Positions 49,102 to 58,807 are shown, counted from the first letter of the stretch. The stretch is 64,000 nucleotides of DNA from Candidatus Haiyanarchaeum thermophilum (GCA_025920425.1 JAPDLS010000001.1:308484-372483); one strand, 5' to 3'. Program-made: numbers and translations. Notes: generated by a model not told the origin, from the sequence alone.

Positions 49102-49875
49102 TTATCCAAGTCCTAAAGATTTTCTTTCAGCTAATGTATACTCTACTATCGTGCGATAAAGTGGGGGAGTCAGAACTCCGTCTTCTAGCAAAAATTTAGC
49201 CATTTCTCTAATCGTTAGGAGAGAATATAATTTCAAACCTTCCTTCTCCAAAGCTTCCTTTCCTCCCTGTTCCCTATCTAAAACAGTAAACACTCCCATA
49301 ACCTTTACCCCTATTCCTCTGCGCTTAGCTTCAAGTTCGATTAATTCCTTAGCCTCAAGTTTACTTTCGGCTGTAGTAATCAAATCGTCTACGATTCCTA
49401 TTCTATCACCATCTCTCAACTCCCCATCAACATAACTTTCTATTCCGTGGGTTTTGAAGCCGCTTAATCTTTCAATTTCTTGGATTATCTCTTCAATCCC
49501 CCATTTTCTCTCTGGAGGATAATCCTTCTCTCGGAGGGAAAGTCGAAGTGCATTAACCAGATCTCTATAAATTATCGGCTCCTTTCGTGTGTAACATACA
49601 GGAATTCCTGTTTCCATCCCCACAGCATTTGCTATAGCTAATCCAGCTGCAGGTATCCCACACAGCCTATTTACTTTATCCTCCTCTGATAAGGAATTTA
49701 TTCTTCCAGCCATCGCTTTGCCTACTTCCTTTAGAAGTAGAGGGTAAGAAGAGAGGATCCTCAAATTGATGTAATATGGGCTCTTCCTCCCAGATTTGAG
49801 TACAAAATCTCCAAACTTAACTGCTCCTACTTGATAAAGTTCTCTTGCTAACTCTCTGAGTAAACTCATTCCCAT
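49102..49875 (-). CDS. pyrE: orotate phosphoribosyltransferase (type I PRTase)
   Basis: VKFGDFVLKSGRKSPYYINLR N-terminus; PRPP motif GIVDDLITTAES. Confidence 0.7.
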   Translation of the reverse strand: MGMSLLRELARELYQVGAVKFGDFVLKSGRKSPYYINLRILSSYPLLLKEVGKAMAGRINSLSEEDKVNRLCGIPAAGLAIANAVGMETGIPVCYTRKEPIIYRDLVNALRLSLREKDYPPERKWGIEEIIQEIERLSGFKTHGIESYVDGELRDGDRIGIVDDLITTAESKLEAKELIELEAKRRGIGVKVMGVFTVLDREQGGKEALEKEGLKLYSLLTIREMAKFLLEDGVLTPPLYRTIVEYTLAERKSLGLG

Positions 49876-50582
49876 GACCTAAGCTCCCTAGTCATCTGCT
49901 TGGCAGCTTCTCTCATACTGGGAGCTCCATAGATCGCCCTTCCTACGATCGCATGCCACCTTCCACCAGCTACTTTGGCTACTTCACTTATCCTTCCTCC
50001 CTGCAATATGAAGCCTGGAGCATAGAAAGTTAGCTCCTCTCCCACTAGTGGGAAGAGCAATGCTCTGTAATGCTGAACTCTATCAGCTTTATTTCCTGGA
50101 ACTACAAAATCCTTTATTCCTAACTTAGCAGCCCTAACATAGATCTCATCTAGGGCATCATCTCTGATATACCCTCCCTCACTGGCCTTGTATTGGGGAT
50201 GGGTCATTTCTCCTCCAATAATCACCTCTAAACCCATCTCTTTACATGCTTTAATCCAAGCTTCCTGCGTAGCTGGTCCTGCCTGAGGAAATCCTATTAT
50301 CGCATTAGCTCCCGCTTCCTTCACAGCTCTTGCAAATGGTTGTCCAAGTTCATGGATATCTGTCATGCCCTTCTGATGATCGTAGATTACAGGAAGATCT
50401 GTAAACTTACGCACTATTTCCACTAGTCTCGGTAATCCATAACGAATCGTGAGGATGGCTCCCACTTTATAGGCTCCTATTCCCTCCACGTCACAGGTCT
50501 GTTGAACTAGTTGCTCAAAATGCTTTAAGTCTTCCACATCGCAAGCTGGAATTACACTCCTCTCATACTTGATGAACGGCAT
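49866..50582 (-). CDS. pyrF: orotidine 5'-phosphate decarboxylase
   Basis: Blocks IPACDV, IYDHQKGMTDI, IIGGEMTHP, APGFILQGG, AIVGRAIYGA align to OMPDC motifs; overlaps pyrE. Confidence 0.65.
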   Translation of the reverse strand: MPFIKYERSVIPACDVEDLKHFEQLVQQTCDVEGIGAYKVGAILTIRYGLPRLVEIVRKFTDLPVIYDHQKGMTDIHELGQPFARAVKEAGANAIIGFPQAGPATQEAWIKACKEMGLEVIIGGEMTHPQYKASEGGYIRDDALDEIYVRAAKLGIKDFVVPGNKADRVQHYRALLFPLVGEELTFYAPGFILQGGRISEVAKVAGGRWHAIVGRAIYGAPSMREAAKQMTRELRSWE

Positions 50583-50662
50583 ATCCTAGAACCTCATCCT
50601 CCATTTTAAAATACTTTTCTCCTCTCAGTAATTTCAAAAAACTGAAAGCTTTAATACTTTCC

Positions 50663-50719
50663 ACTCCTCATGATTTAGGGATGTGGACGCTCATGAGCAC
50701 TGAATAAGGATGAGGAGTG
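50663..50719. repeat. 10-bp perfect inverted repeat (cactcctcat / atgaggagtg) enclosing 37-nt loop
   Basis: Seen in the divergent intergenic region between pyrF and the 50807 gene; loop contains CTGA and TGATGG-like box elements. Confidence 0.4.
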
Positions 50720-50806
50720 ATGGGCGGTCTGAACCCTTCTCTTTTTATATCACTCAAAAGTAGTTAAAATAGAAAACTTTAAATAGGATTTTTTTGTAAC
50801 TATTTA

Positions 50807-51085
50807 TTGGTGATTACAATGCAAGAAATAAGGAAAAAAGTTAGGGAGGTTGGATCAAGATTAGAGGAAATCTTAAGAGAAGGTGGGGAAATCAGTGGAA
50901 ATAAGGCTAAGGAAGTAAATAAGCTAAGACTCCACCTCCATGCTATTGGGGAAGAACTCAAAGAAGCAGGCTTACTTCCAAGACAAAGTTACCAAACTAT
51001 CAAAGGATTTTGCAGACGATATACACCTAATTACTCTCCCACCATTTTGAGAAGGGTAATTGGAACTCTTCAACCATTCTATTGA
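50807..51085 (+). CDS. hypothetical protein (92 aa)
   Basis: ORF only. Confidence 0.35.
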   Translation: MVITMQEIRKKVREVGSRLEEILREGGEISGNKAKEVNKLRLHLHAIGEELKEAGLLPRQSYQTIKGFCRRYTPNYSPTILRRVIGTLQPFY

Positions 51086-51133
51086 TTTTTAAAACTCCAA
51101 AAGGTTTTTAGCCATCATCCCTTTTTTCTTTAA

Positions 51134-51874
51134 ATGCTGTTCATCGGCATAGACTTGGCTTGGTCTCCAGAGAATGAGAGCGGAATTGCTGCGATAGCTG
51201 GAGAAGGAACAAAGGGAGAACTAATTGGCTTCGGGATCTGTAGGAGAGATGAGGAAATCCTCTCCTTTATAGATCATTTAGTTGGGGAGGGATATGCCCT
51301 AGTAGCAATCGATGCTCCATTGATAGTACCAAATTCATACGGTTTCAGGCCTGTGGAAAAAGAGATAATAAAGCTCTATCGGAAGGCAGATGCAACTCCC
51401 TATCCAGCCAATAGGAGAAGATTATGCATTCATGGCAGAATAAGGGGAGAAGAACTCGCTACTAAGCTTAAGGGCCTTAGATTTGAACATAACCCATATA
51501 TAAGTAAGTTTCAATCGACTAGGACTTTCTTCGAAGTTTTTCCCCATCCAGCCATGCTTACTATCTTCAGATTGAAAAAGATCTTGAAATATAAAGAAAG
51601 GGCTAACAGAAGTTATGAAATGAGATGGAAGGAATTAAAAAAATATCAGAGGCTTTTGCTCAGGCTGGAAAGAAGAGTCCCTAAGCTCAAGCTTCCGAAG
51701 AAGATAATTCAAAGAAAGGTAGAAGGGCTTAGAGGGAGAGAGCTCAAGCACTATGAAGACCTTCTAGATTCTATCTTTTGTGCCTATATAGCTTATTACT
51801 ACTGGTGCTTTCCTGAAAGGGTTAAAGTCTTCGGGGATCTGGAAAAGGGTTATATCGTAATACCTATACGTTGA
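51134..51874 (+). CDS. hypothetical protein, possibly RNase H-like fold (DUF429-like)
   Basis: N-terminal MLFIGIDLAWS resembles RuvC/YqgF-type GIDLG start. Confidence 0.4.
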   Translation: MLFIGIDLAWSPENESGIAAIAGEGTKGELIGFGICRRDEEILSFIDHLVGEGYALVAIDAPLIVPNSYGFRPVEKEIIKLYRKADATPYPANRRRLCIHGRIRGEELATKLKGLRFEHNPYISKFQSTRTFFEVFPHPAMLTIFRLKKILKYKERANRSYEMRWKELKKYQRLLLRLERRVPKLKLPKKIIQRKVEGLRGRELKHYEDLLDSIFCAYIAYYYWCFPERVKVFGDLEKGYIVIPIR

Positions 51875-51875
51875 T

Positions 51876-52784
51876 ATGAGATGCGCAAATGATGGAAGAA
51901 AGGCTGTAGCCAAAATTTCTTATCCTACTATTGCTCTCTGTAGAGATTGTTTCAACTCCTACGTGGAGCGGCGCTTCTTGGATGAAGTAAGGAAATGGAA
52001 ACTAATAGAGCCTAATGAAAAACTGGCATTGGCCCTCTCTGGAGGAAAAGATAGTCTGGTCGCACTTTACCTCATCCACAAATTTTTTCCTGAAAATGAG
52101 ATAATCGCAATTGCAATCGATGAGGGAATTGGGAAATTCAGAGAACTCTCCCTCCTGCAGGCTGAGAAGTACTGTAAGTTGTGGGATGTGGATTTGAGAA
52201 AGTTCAGCTTCCTTGAGGAATTCGGATTTGAAATTCGTTCCATAGCTAGAAAGGTTAGAAATGTATGTACGTACTGTGGAACTCTTAGAAGATATTTGAT
52301 CAATAAGAAAGCTAGGGAGCTCAGAGCACAAAAGGTGGTAGTAGGCCATAATCTAGATGATGAGGCTGAAACTATCCTTATGAGCTCCTTCAAGAGTAAT
52401 TTGATCGACCTGCTAAAACTTGGCCCCATAGCTGGGATTTTAGATCATCCAAAATTCATTCCGCGAGTAAAGCCACTCAGAAAACTCTATGGAAAGGAAA
52501 TCGAAACTTTTGCTAGGCTCAATGGAATCAAAGTAGTTCCAAAGAAATGTCCGTACATCAAGTATTCTTACCGTTACGGAATTAGGAGACTCCTGAATTC
52601 CCTCGAGGCTAAGGAACCTGGGACGAAGTTCAGGATCCTAGAGGCCTTCGATGAATCTTTCCCAGCACTCAAACAGAAAATTAAATTGGAAGTCAAGCTC
52701 TCAGAATGTAAAAACTGTGGTGAGCCGAGCTCCACCAGCTTATGCAGATGTTGTCAGCTCTTGAGATCAGTTAAGCTTAAATAA
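51876..52784 (+). CDS. ncsA: tRNA thiolation PP-loop ATPase (NcsA/Ctu1/TtcA family)
   Basis: PP-loop LSGGKDS; N- and C-terminal CxxC zinc fingers (CRDCF, CKNCG..CRCC). Confidence 0.75.
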   Translation: MRCANDGRKAVAKISYPTIALCRDCFNSYVERRFLDEVRKWKLIEPNEKLALALSGGKDSLVALYLIHKFFPENEIIAIAIDEGIGKFRELSLLQAEKYCKLWDVDLRKFSFLEEFGFEIRSIARKVRNVCTYCGTLRRYLINKKARELRAQKVVVGHNLDDEAETILMSSFKSNLIDLLKLGPIAGILDHPKFIPRVKPLRKLYGKEIETFARLNGIKVVPKKCPYIKYSYRYGIRRLLNSLEAKEPGTKFRILEAFDESFPALKQKIKLEVKLSECKNCGEPSSTSLCRCCQLLRSVKLK

Positions 52785-52806
52785 ACTCTAGGCTCATTTC
52801 ATATTA

Positions 52807-52879
52807 GCGCGGGTAGCCAAGTGGTTAAGGCGGTCGGCTGCAGACCGACTAATCCTGGGTTCGAATCCCAGCCCGCGCT
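52807..52879 (+). tRNA. tRNA-Cys (anticodon GCA)
   Basis: GCGCGGG acceptor, loop CUGCAGA, T-loop GGTTCGAATCC. Confidence 0.85.
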
Positions 52880-54239
52880 ATCTCAGTTTGCCCAAAATGG
52901 AACGAGCTGCAATTATGCCAGTAGCACATGCTCCTATAATTCCTCTGCTTACCCCAGCCCCATCTCCAGCCACGTAAACGTTACTTATACTTGTCTCAAG
53001 TTCTCTATTGGTCTTAACTCTCATCGCATAGAACTTAATTTCGGGAGCATATAATAGAGTTGAATCGTTAGCTATTCCTGGAATCACCTTATCCAATTTC
53101 TCAAGAGCTTCTAAAATATTGGTAATTATCCTATGAGGCATTGCCATGCTTATATCTCCTGGTGTAACGCTCAACAATGTGGGTCTAATTATGCTCCTCT
53201 TAATCCTATCCCAAGTTGATCTCCTCCCATGCCTTAGATCCCCAAGTCTCTGGATGATTGGCTTTCCTCCTCCAAGCGTAGTGGCCAGTTTAGCTATACT
53301 CCTTCCATACTCATTCGTATTCTCCACGGGTTCCGTGAGACCTACTTGAACCAGTAAAGCCAAGTTCGTATTTTCAGACTGTCTATCCTTTCTGGCATAT
53401 CCATTCACACATATGAAATCCCCATAATTTTCTTTTATCACGAAACCATTGTAGTTTGTGCAGAAAGTCCTTACGAAATCATCATATTCTCTAGTCCTTA
53501 TATGGAACTTTGGGTCCCAATTCACCTTGATCACATCCTCTATGAGGGAAGATGGAAACTCGACCCTTACTCCTACATCTACCGGATTAAACTTCCTCTC
53601 TATCCCAAGTTCGGAGCATATTTGACTGAGCCAATTTGAGCCAACTCTTCCAGGAGCGAGGATAAGAAAATCATAATCCAAATTTCCCCTATCCAGTTCC
53701 AAGATCCTATGAATTGGATTCACTTTCCTAGCTTCTCTTCCTATGAGGAATTTTCCTCCAAGAGATGTAATTTCGCGCTTTATCCAGCCCACGAGAGTAG
53801 GCAAGTTCTCCGAGCCCAGATGATATTGCTTCACTGGAATAAATGTGATCCCTGCCTTAGCTGCATTTCTCTGCAATTCCCTCACACCATAATCCTCAGG
53901 AAATTCTATATGAAAGCCACTTTCCCTGAAAATATCTGCTATGTGTTCCATTAGGAGATTTGCTTCCTCCCTACTCATGAACTCGAGCAGATTTCCTCCG
54001 ATCACCGGAGAGAAATTGAGCTTACCATCTGAGAAGAAGCCTGCTCCTCCTACTCCGCAAAGCACATCCATAGCTCCCTCCTCTGCAGGAAGCTCGAGGT
54101 TGATCGTACTCTTCACTCTCTCCTCTATGTCCTTTCCCTTCTCCACGATAATCACTTCTACTTTCTCCCCAGCATTTCTCAGAAGTTCTAGGGCAGCGAA
54201 AAGACCTGCTGGCCCTGCACCAACGATTACTACTCTCAT
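52878..54239 (-). CDS. FAD-dependent oxidoreductase (COG2509-like)
   Basis: Rossmann dinucleotide motif VVIVGAGPAGLFAALEL, second GxGxxG near C-terminus (YVAGDGAG). Confidence 0.7.
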   Translation of the reverse strand: MRVVIVGAGPAGLFAALELLRNAGEKVEVIIVEKGKDIEERVKSTINLELPAEEGAMDVLCGVGGAGFFSDGKLNFSPVIGGNLLEFMSREEANLLMEHIADIFRESGFHIEFPEDYGVRELQRNAAKAGITFIPVKQYHLGSENLPTLVGWIKREITSLGGKFLIGREARKVNPIHRILELDRGNLDYDFLILAPGRVGSNWLSQICSELGIERKFNPVDVGVRVEFPSSLIEDVIKVNWDPKFHIRTREYDDFVRTFCTNYNGFVIKENYGDFICVNGYARKDRQSENTNLALLVQVGLTEPVENTNEYGRSIAKLATTLGGGKPIIQRLGDLRHGRRSTWDRIKRSIIRPTLLSVTPGDISMAMPHRIITNILEALEKLDKVIPGIANDSTLLYAPEIKFYAMRVKTNRELETSISNVYVAGDGAGVSRGIIGACATGIIAARSILGKLR

Positions 54240-54284
54240 CCCCTCACCTATGATACCTTAACCTCTTTATAAACTTTTTAAGAA

Positions 54285-55226
54285 TCAATCCTTGATCCCC
54301 TCACTAGTGATCTGAAACACTACTTCCGCTGGAGGAAGATCTGGAGCGTCTACTAGTCTTGCCACTCTTTTGTTTTCCTTCGCCTTCCTCAGGTAAATTC
54401 TATAACCACATGCATGAGCTATCACATGACCTCCAACAGCTGCAGTAGGATCTCCGAATAATATATCTGGCCTTGCCATTACTTGATTCGTCACATATAC
54501 AGCTAGGTTATATCTATCTGCATACCTCTGCAACATATGCACGTATTGATTCAGTTTCTGCTGTCTATCTGCAAGAGTGCCTCTCCCAATGAATTCCGCT
54601 CTAAATAGGCCTGTGAGGGAATCTACCACTATTAGTCTGCCATTAAAACCATTATCTATGATCTCAGGAATTTTCTCGGTAATGAGGATCTGGTGGTCTG
54701 TGGAGAATACTCTGGCCACCTTTATATTTCTCAACACATCGATTGGATTTAGCCCCATTGCCCTAGAAATCTCAGCTATTCTGCTGCTTCTGAATGTCCC
54801 CTCGGTATCTATGAAAAATGCTCCCCCATTTAGTCCTCCTTTATTCTCGGGTAACTGCACATTTACACAGAGCTGGAAGCCTACTTGAGTCTTTCCAGAG
54901 CCAAACTCTCCAAAGAATTCAGTAATTGCTTGGGTAGGTATCCCTCCTCCAAGGAGAGTATCCAATGCCTTGCTTCCAGTACTTATCCTCTTTATATCCT
55001 TTTGTTTCTCAAGGATCTCGTCTGCTCCTAGGAATTCCATCCTCAACTGCTTCCTAGCTTCATTTATTATCCTCCTAGCTATCCCCTCTCCTATTTCGCA
55101 TGCCTCAGCCAGTACTTGAGGAGGAGTAGTAGCTAGAGCCATTAAATCTCTAAACCCAGCATTCCTGAGCTTCTTAGCGATTGTCTCCCCCACCCCGGGA
55201 AGGTCCTCAAGCCTAAATTCTTCCAT
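54285..55226 (-). CDS. radA: DNA repair and recombination protein RadA
   Basis: N-terminal HhH (LEDLPGVGETIAKKL), Walker A GEFGSGKTQ, Walker B LIVVDS. Confidence 0.9.
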   Translation of the reverse strand: MEEFRLEDLPGVGETIAKKLRNAGFRDLMALATTPPQVLAEACEIGEGIARRIINEARKQLRMEFLGADEILEKQKDIKRISTGSKALDTLLGGGIPTQAITEFFGEFGSGKTQVGFQLCVNVQLPENKGGLNGGAFFIDTEGTFRSSRIAEISRAMGLNPIDVLRNIKVARVFSTDHQILITEKIPEIIDNGFNGRLIVVDSLTGLFRAEFIGRGTLADRQQKLNQYVHMLQRYADRYNLAVYVTNQVMARPDILFGDPTAAVGGHVIAHACGYRIYLRKAKENKRVARLVDAPDLPPAEVVFQITSEGIKD

Positions 55227-55332
55227 TTAATTGAAGGGAAACTTCCTACTTAAATTTATTTTGTTTCTCGGCTCAAATTGTTACTGAAGAGTAACTGGAA
55301 AGTTTTATCTAAGCTTTTACCTTCTACAATTC

Positions 55333-55539
55333 ATGGAAGGGGAGTTGCTCAATAAGATAAACCAGCTTGAAGAAAGATTGAATGAAGTGGAGAGTAAGCT
55401 AGAAAATCTTACCATGAAGCTTGAGGAGCTCTCAAAGATAGTGGAGGAGAAAAGGCCAATCCTAATCAAGCTTCCCCTCTCTAAGCCTGAGAAGGCTGAG
55501 GGTAAGCTGTTGGAAAGGGCTAAGGAGATCTTCAAATGA
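55333..55539 (+). CDS. small coiled-coil protein
   Basis: 68 aa, heptad-rich, ATGA overlap with downstream MinD-like gene. Confidence 0.35.
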   Translation: MEGELLNKINQLEERLNEVESKLENLTMKLEELSKIVEEKRPILIKLPLSKPEKAEGKLLERAKEIFK

Positions 55540-56294
55540 TAATTTCATTTATAGGCAAAGGAGGGGTGGGCAAAACTACGATTACACTTAATCTAGGAGC
55601 AGCTCTCGCCACATATCTCTCTCAAAGAGTACTCGTGATCGATGGAAATACAAGAGCTCCGAATCTCTCATTTCTCCTAGAACTGAAGGAGGCTGTAAGC
55701 CTCTTCGATCTCATTACAGATCCTAAAAACATAGTGAAGGCGAATACTGAAATCGATGGATTGAAGGTGATCTCCTCCCCGATCGGGAGCAATGCTGAGC
55801 TAGATTTCGAAGTCCTTAAATCCCTATTAAGTTTCTTCAATTTGAGCTTTAACTTCATCCTCATCGATACCCCTCCCAGCTTCACTTCAGAAACTCTAAC
55901 CTTCATGGAACTCTCAGATTACAGTATCCTTATACTCAATCCTGAGCCCCTCTCAGTAATTGAAGCCTATAGGGCATTGCAGATAGCAAGTAGGATGAAT
56001 GTTAAATTGCTTGGAATAATTGTAAATAAGTTTAGGCAGGATGCAGTAGTGTCACTGGAGTATATAAGAAGAAATTTTTCTCTCCCAATTCTGGCTGTGA
56101 TCCCTGAAGACCCGATGGTCCAAACCTATACTCTTGAGCAGAAGCCTTTCTCCATCTCAAATCCAAGCACCCCTGCCGGTAGGGCTCTAATGGAGCTCGC
56201 ATCTTATCTCACTGGAAGAAAGATCGAGGTGCAGCTCGAAAAGAGAGGAATAATAGGAACTTTCTTCTCACTCCTCAAGAAGCTCTTCACCTGA
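55536..56294 (+). CDS. MinD/ParA-family P-loop ATPase
   Basis: Deviant Walker A IGKGGVGKTT, 252 aa. Confidence 0.8.
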   Translation: MIISFIGKGGVGKTTITLNLGAALATYLSQRVLVIDGNTRAPNLSFLLELKEAVSLFDLITDPKNIVKANTEIDGLKVISSPIGSNAELDFEVLKSLLSFFNLSFNFILIDTPPSFTSETLTFMELSDYSILILNPEPLSVIEAYRALQIASRMNVKLLGIIVNKFRQDAVVSLEYIRRNFSLPILAVIPEDPMVQTYTLEQKPFSISNPSTPAGRALMELASYLTGRKIEVQLEKRGIIGTFFSLLKKLFT

Positions 56295-56368
56295 TTGGAA
56301 ATCGGAAAGCTCCTATCACTTCCTCTTTAAATTCAAATTTCTTGCTGAAGATTTAGGGTGGGGGTGCT

Positions 56369-56503
56369 ATGAAAATAGAAGTGGTTGGAATAAGCTTGGA
56401 AGAAGTACTTCACTGGATGGAGGAATTTATGAAGAGCGGATTTGAAGTAGCCCTAGACAGCTCAGAGGGAAGGATCTGGATAGACCTGAGACCTGCGAGC
56501 TAA
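56369..56503 (+). CDS. small protein (44 aa), unknown
   Basis: Hand-translated MKIEVVGISLEEVLHWMEEFMKSGFEVALDSSEGRIWIDLRPAS; preceded by GGTGGGGG SD-like sequence. Confidence 0.25.
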   Translation: MKIEVVGISLEEVLHWMEEFMKSGFEVALDSSEGRIWIDLRPAS

Positions 56504-56537
56504 TAAAGCTTTAAAGCTTCCATCTCATTTAATCTTC

Positions 56538-57311
56538 ATGAAGCTCGAGCTCTTGGACTCTGAAATCCTCGAGAGGGTTAAATCATATGGAAAATGTAGG
56601 CGAATAGTGGAAGCTCTCCTCGCAGATCCTAGAATAGATGCTTTACTGGAGCAGGCAAATAAAGTAGCTATCACACGTCTGGGTTTCAACGATCATGGCC
56701 AAGTTCATGCCAAGATAGTACTTCTGAACTCTCTGAAGATCTTCGAGCTACTAACTCCATATTACACACCTAGCATCATAGCTGAAGGGATTGGGGATGT
56801 GGAAGATGTAATGATCGCCCTATGTACTGGGGCCTTTCTTCATGATATAGGAGTCTCTGTCACAAGGGATCATCATGAGCTTTTAGGAGCTCTCCTTGCT
56901 AAGGACATAGTAGTAGATCTCCTCAGTGAGGTGTACGAGCTGAGAAAGGCATATAGAATCCTTCCGATCATCTTAGAGGCAATTGTATGCCACATGGGTA
57001 CTTATAAGAGCACAAGTTTAGAGGCAAAGATCGTGGGAGTAGCTGATGGCACTGACATGACCAAAGGAAGGGCGAGGATACCATTCCACATAGGAAAGGA
57101 AGATATTCACAAATTCTCTGCATTAGCTATAGATGAGATCCAGATCTCCCGAGGAATAGACAAATTAGTTAGGATCACTGCCAGTATGCAGGATACAGCC
57201 GGGATCTTTCAAATAGAGGAGATCTTACTCAGGAAGATCAAAGGAGCAGGGCTAGAAGAGGCTATTGAAGTATTTGCCATAGTAAAGGGAAGGGAGATAA
57301 GGTATCTCTAG
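56538..57311 (+). CDS. HD-domain phosphohydrolase
   Basis: HAKIV ... FLHDIG (H..HD) motif. Confidence 0.7.
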   Translation: MKLELLDSEILERVKSYGKCRRIVEALLADPRIDALLEQANKVAITRLGFNDHGQVHAKIVLLNSLKIFELLTPYYTPSIIAEGIGDVEDVMIALCTGAFLHDIGVSVTRDHHELLGALLAKDIVVDLLSEVYELRKAYRILPIILEAIVCHMGTYKSTSLEAKIVGVADGTDMTKGRARIPFHIGKEDIHKFSALAIDEIQISRGIDKLVRITASMQDTAGIFQIEEILLRKIKGAGLEEAIEVFAIVKGREIRYL

Positions 57312-57523
57312 GAAAGCTTGTACTTGAAGTAGAAGGGGCATTTCCTGCATACTTCTGGAAGAAGATCCTCATCTCTCTCCCTTAAAAATGGTTTAAGTTC
57401 TTCTTCACTCGGGCAATCATCGTAAGTTCCTCTGCAGTTTGGAAATCTCAGAGAACTTTCTTTCTTCTCCCATTCTGTCTTTACCTTCCTCTTTATCTTC
57501 GGTCTCTTCCTCTTTCCTCCCAT
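57308..57523 (-). CDS. small basic Cys-rich protein
   Basis: NCRGTYDDCP ... CRKCP; 71 aa. Confidence 0.3.
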   Translation of the reverse strand: MGGKRKRPKIKRKVKTEWEKKESSLRFPNCRGTYDDCPSEEELKPFLRERDEDLLPEVCRKCPFYFKYKLS

Positions 57524-57593
57524 GCCAATTTGATCAACCCTTAATTTTTATACCTTACTAAAATTTATAAGATGGGCTTATTTCTAAGCTTAT

Positions 57594-58277
57594 GTGAAGC
57601 TCCTCTTCATCTCCTGCCAGCTACGAAAGGTAAGTGCCTCTTTCCTCTCAAAGGTGGAGAAAGGCCTCTCCTTCCAGAATGTTGGTATCTTTACCACGAT
57701 TCAGTTTTCTCCAATATTGCCAATTATCTCAAAGTTTCTCAAGAAGCATGGAAGAAATGTGTATATGGGGAGATCTAGATATGGAAAGGGAATAATTACT
57801 GGTTGTGATCTTCAGGCAGTAGATGAAATCGCATGGCGATGCGATGGTTTCCTGTACCTTGGTTCTGGAACATTTCATCCCCTTCCAGTATTTCTCAAAT
57901 ATAGGAAAAAGATAGTTATCGCAAATCCAATTAGTGAAGAGATCTCGATCTTCGATGACAAACTGGCCATGAAAATCCAGAGAAGAATCCAAAACTTCAA
58001 GAAGTTTTTTAGGCTTTCTAGGAAAATTGGGGTTATAATATGCAGCAAGCCAGGGCAGCAAAGGCTAAGCCAAGCTCTCAAGCTGAAGAGAAAGCTCGAA
58101 AAGGTTGGAAAGGTTGCCTTCCTTTTTCTGTTCGACGAGATCTCTCCAGAACTCCTCCTCAACTTTCCAGATATAGAGCTCTGGGTTAATACTGCATGTC
58201 CGAGGATCGCAATTGATGATGTGGAACACTTTGAAAAGCCCATACTAAACTTGTGGGAGGTCATCAATGAGCTATAA
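57594..58277 (+). CDS. dph2: diphthamide synthesis protein Dph2 (2-(3-amino-3-carboxypropyl)histidine synthase), N-terminally truncated
   Basis: IFTTIQF, GCDL, GSGTFHPL, VNTACPRIAIDD blocks align to the C-terminal part of archaeal Dph2; an N-terminal portion (domain 1 with first Cys) is missing. Confidence 0.55.
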   Translation: MKLLFISCQLRKVSASFLSKVEKGLSFQNVGIFTTIQFSPILPIISKFLKKHGRNVYMGRSRYGKGIITGCDLQAVDEIAWRCDGFLYLGSGTFHPLPVFLKYRKKIVIANPISEEISIFDDKLAMKIQRRIQNFKKFFRLSRKIGVIICSKPGQQRLSQALKLKRKLEKVGKVAFLFLFDEISPELLLNFPDIELWVNTACPRIAIDDVEHFEKPILNLWEVINEL

Positions 58278-58806
58278 CTTCTTTCTGAGAAAATTAGTCC
58301 ATCTCCTCTATGGTAGCTCTCTCGCCATCCTTTCCTATCTCAATGAAGATCTTAGGCTCCTCTCCATCGTAATTACATCCATTCTCCTTCTCCTCTACTT
58401 GGCATATACATTCACTAAACTCAGATGGAGATCAGTAGAGAAGTACTTGCAGCTCCTAAGTAGGGAGAGAATAGATATCAAAGCTATCTGCTATGCATGT
58501 GGGATAATTTTTTCTCTCCTACTTTTTGAGGGGGAGATCATGCTCTCCAGCATTCTCATCCTCTCCTTCAGCGACTCTCTCACAGCTATTTTCGGAAAGT
58601 GGCTATTAAATAGTGAACATAAAAGCATATCTGGAAGCATTATACACTTTGCAAGTGATTTCATCATCTTAATTAACTTCTTTCCAATCCATCTCACACT
58701 CATCACTTCTCTCGTAGCTGCTACTTTGGATTATGTGACCGATAAATTTGAGAATCTCATTATTCCCATCTTCATCGGAGCCTTCCTCACTTTCGTTACC
58801 GGTTGA
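58267..58806 (+). CDS. small polytopic membrane protein (CarS/dolichol-kinase-like size)
   Basis: 179 aa, five or more hydrophobic helices. Confidence 0.4.
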   Translation: MSYNFFLRKLVHLLYGSSLAILSYLNEDLRLLSIVITSILLLLYLAYTFTKLRWRSVEKYLQLLSRERIDIKAICYACGIIFSLLLFEGEIMLSSILILSFSDSLTAIFGKWLLNSEHKSISGSIIHFASDFIILINFFPIHLTLITSLVAATLDYVTDKFENLIIPIFIGAFLTFVTG

Positions 58807-58807
58807 A

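Noticed and set aside
52821-53054. 77-aa + strand ORF starting inside tRNA-Cys
   Set aside because: It overlaps the tRNA and is antisense to the well-supported FAD oxidoreductase gene. It is a frame artefact.
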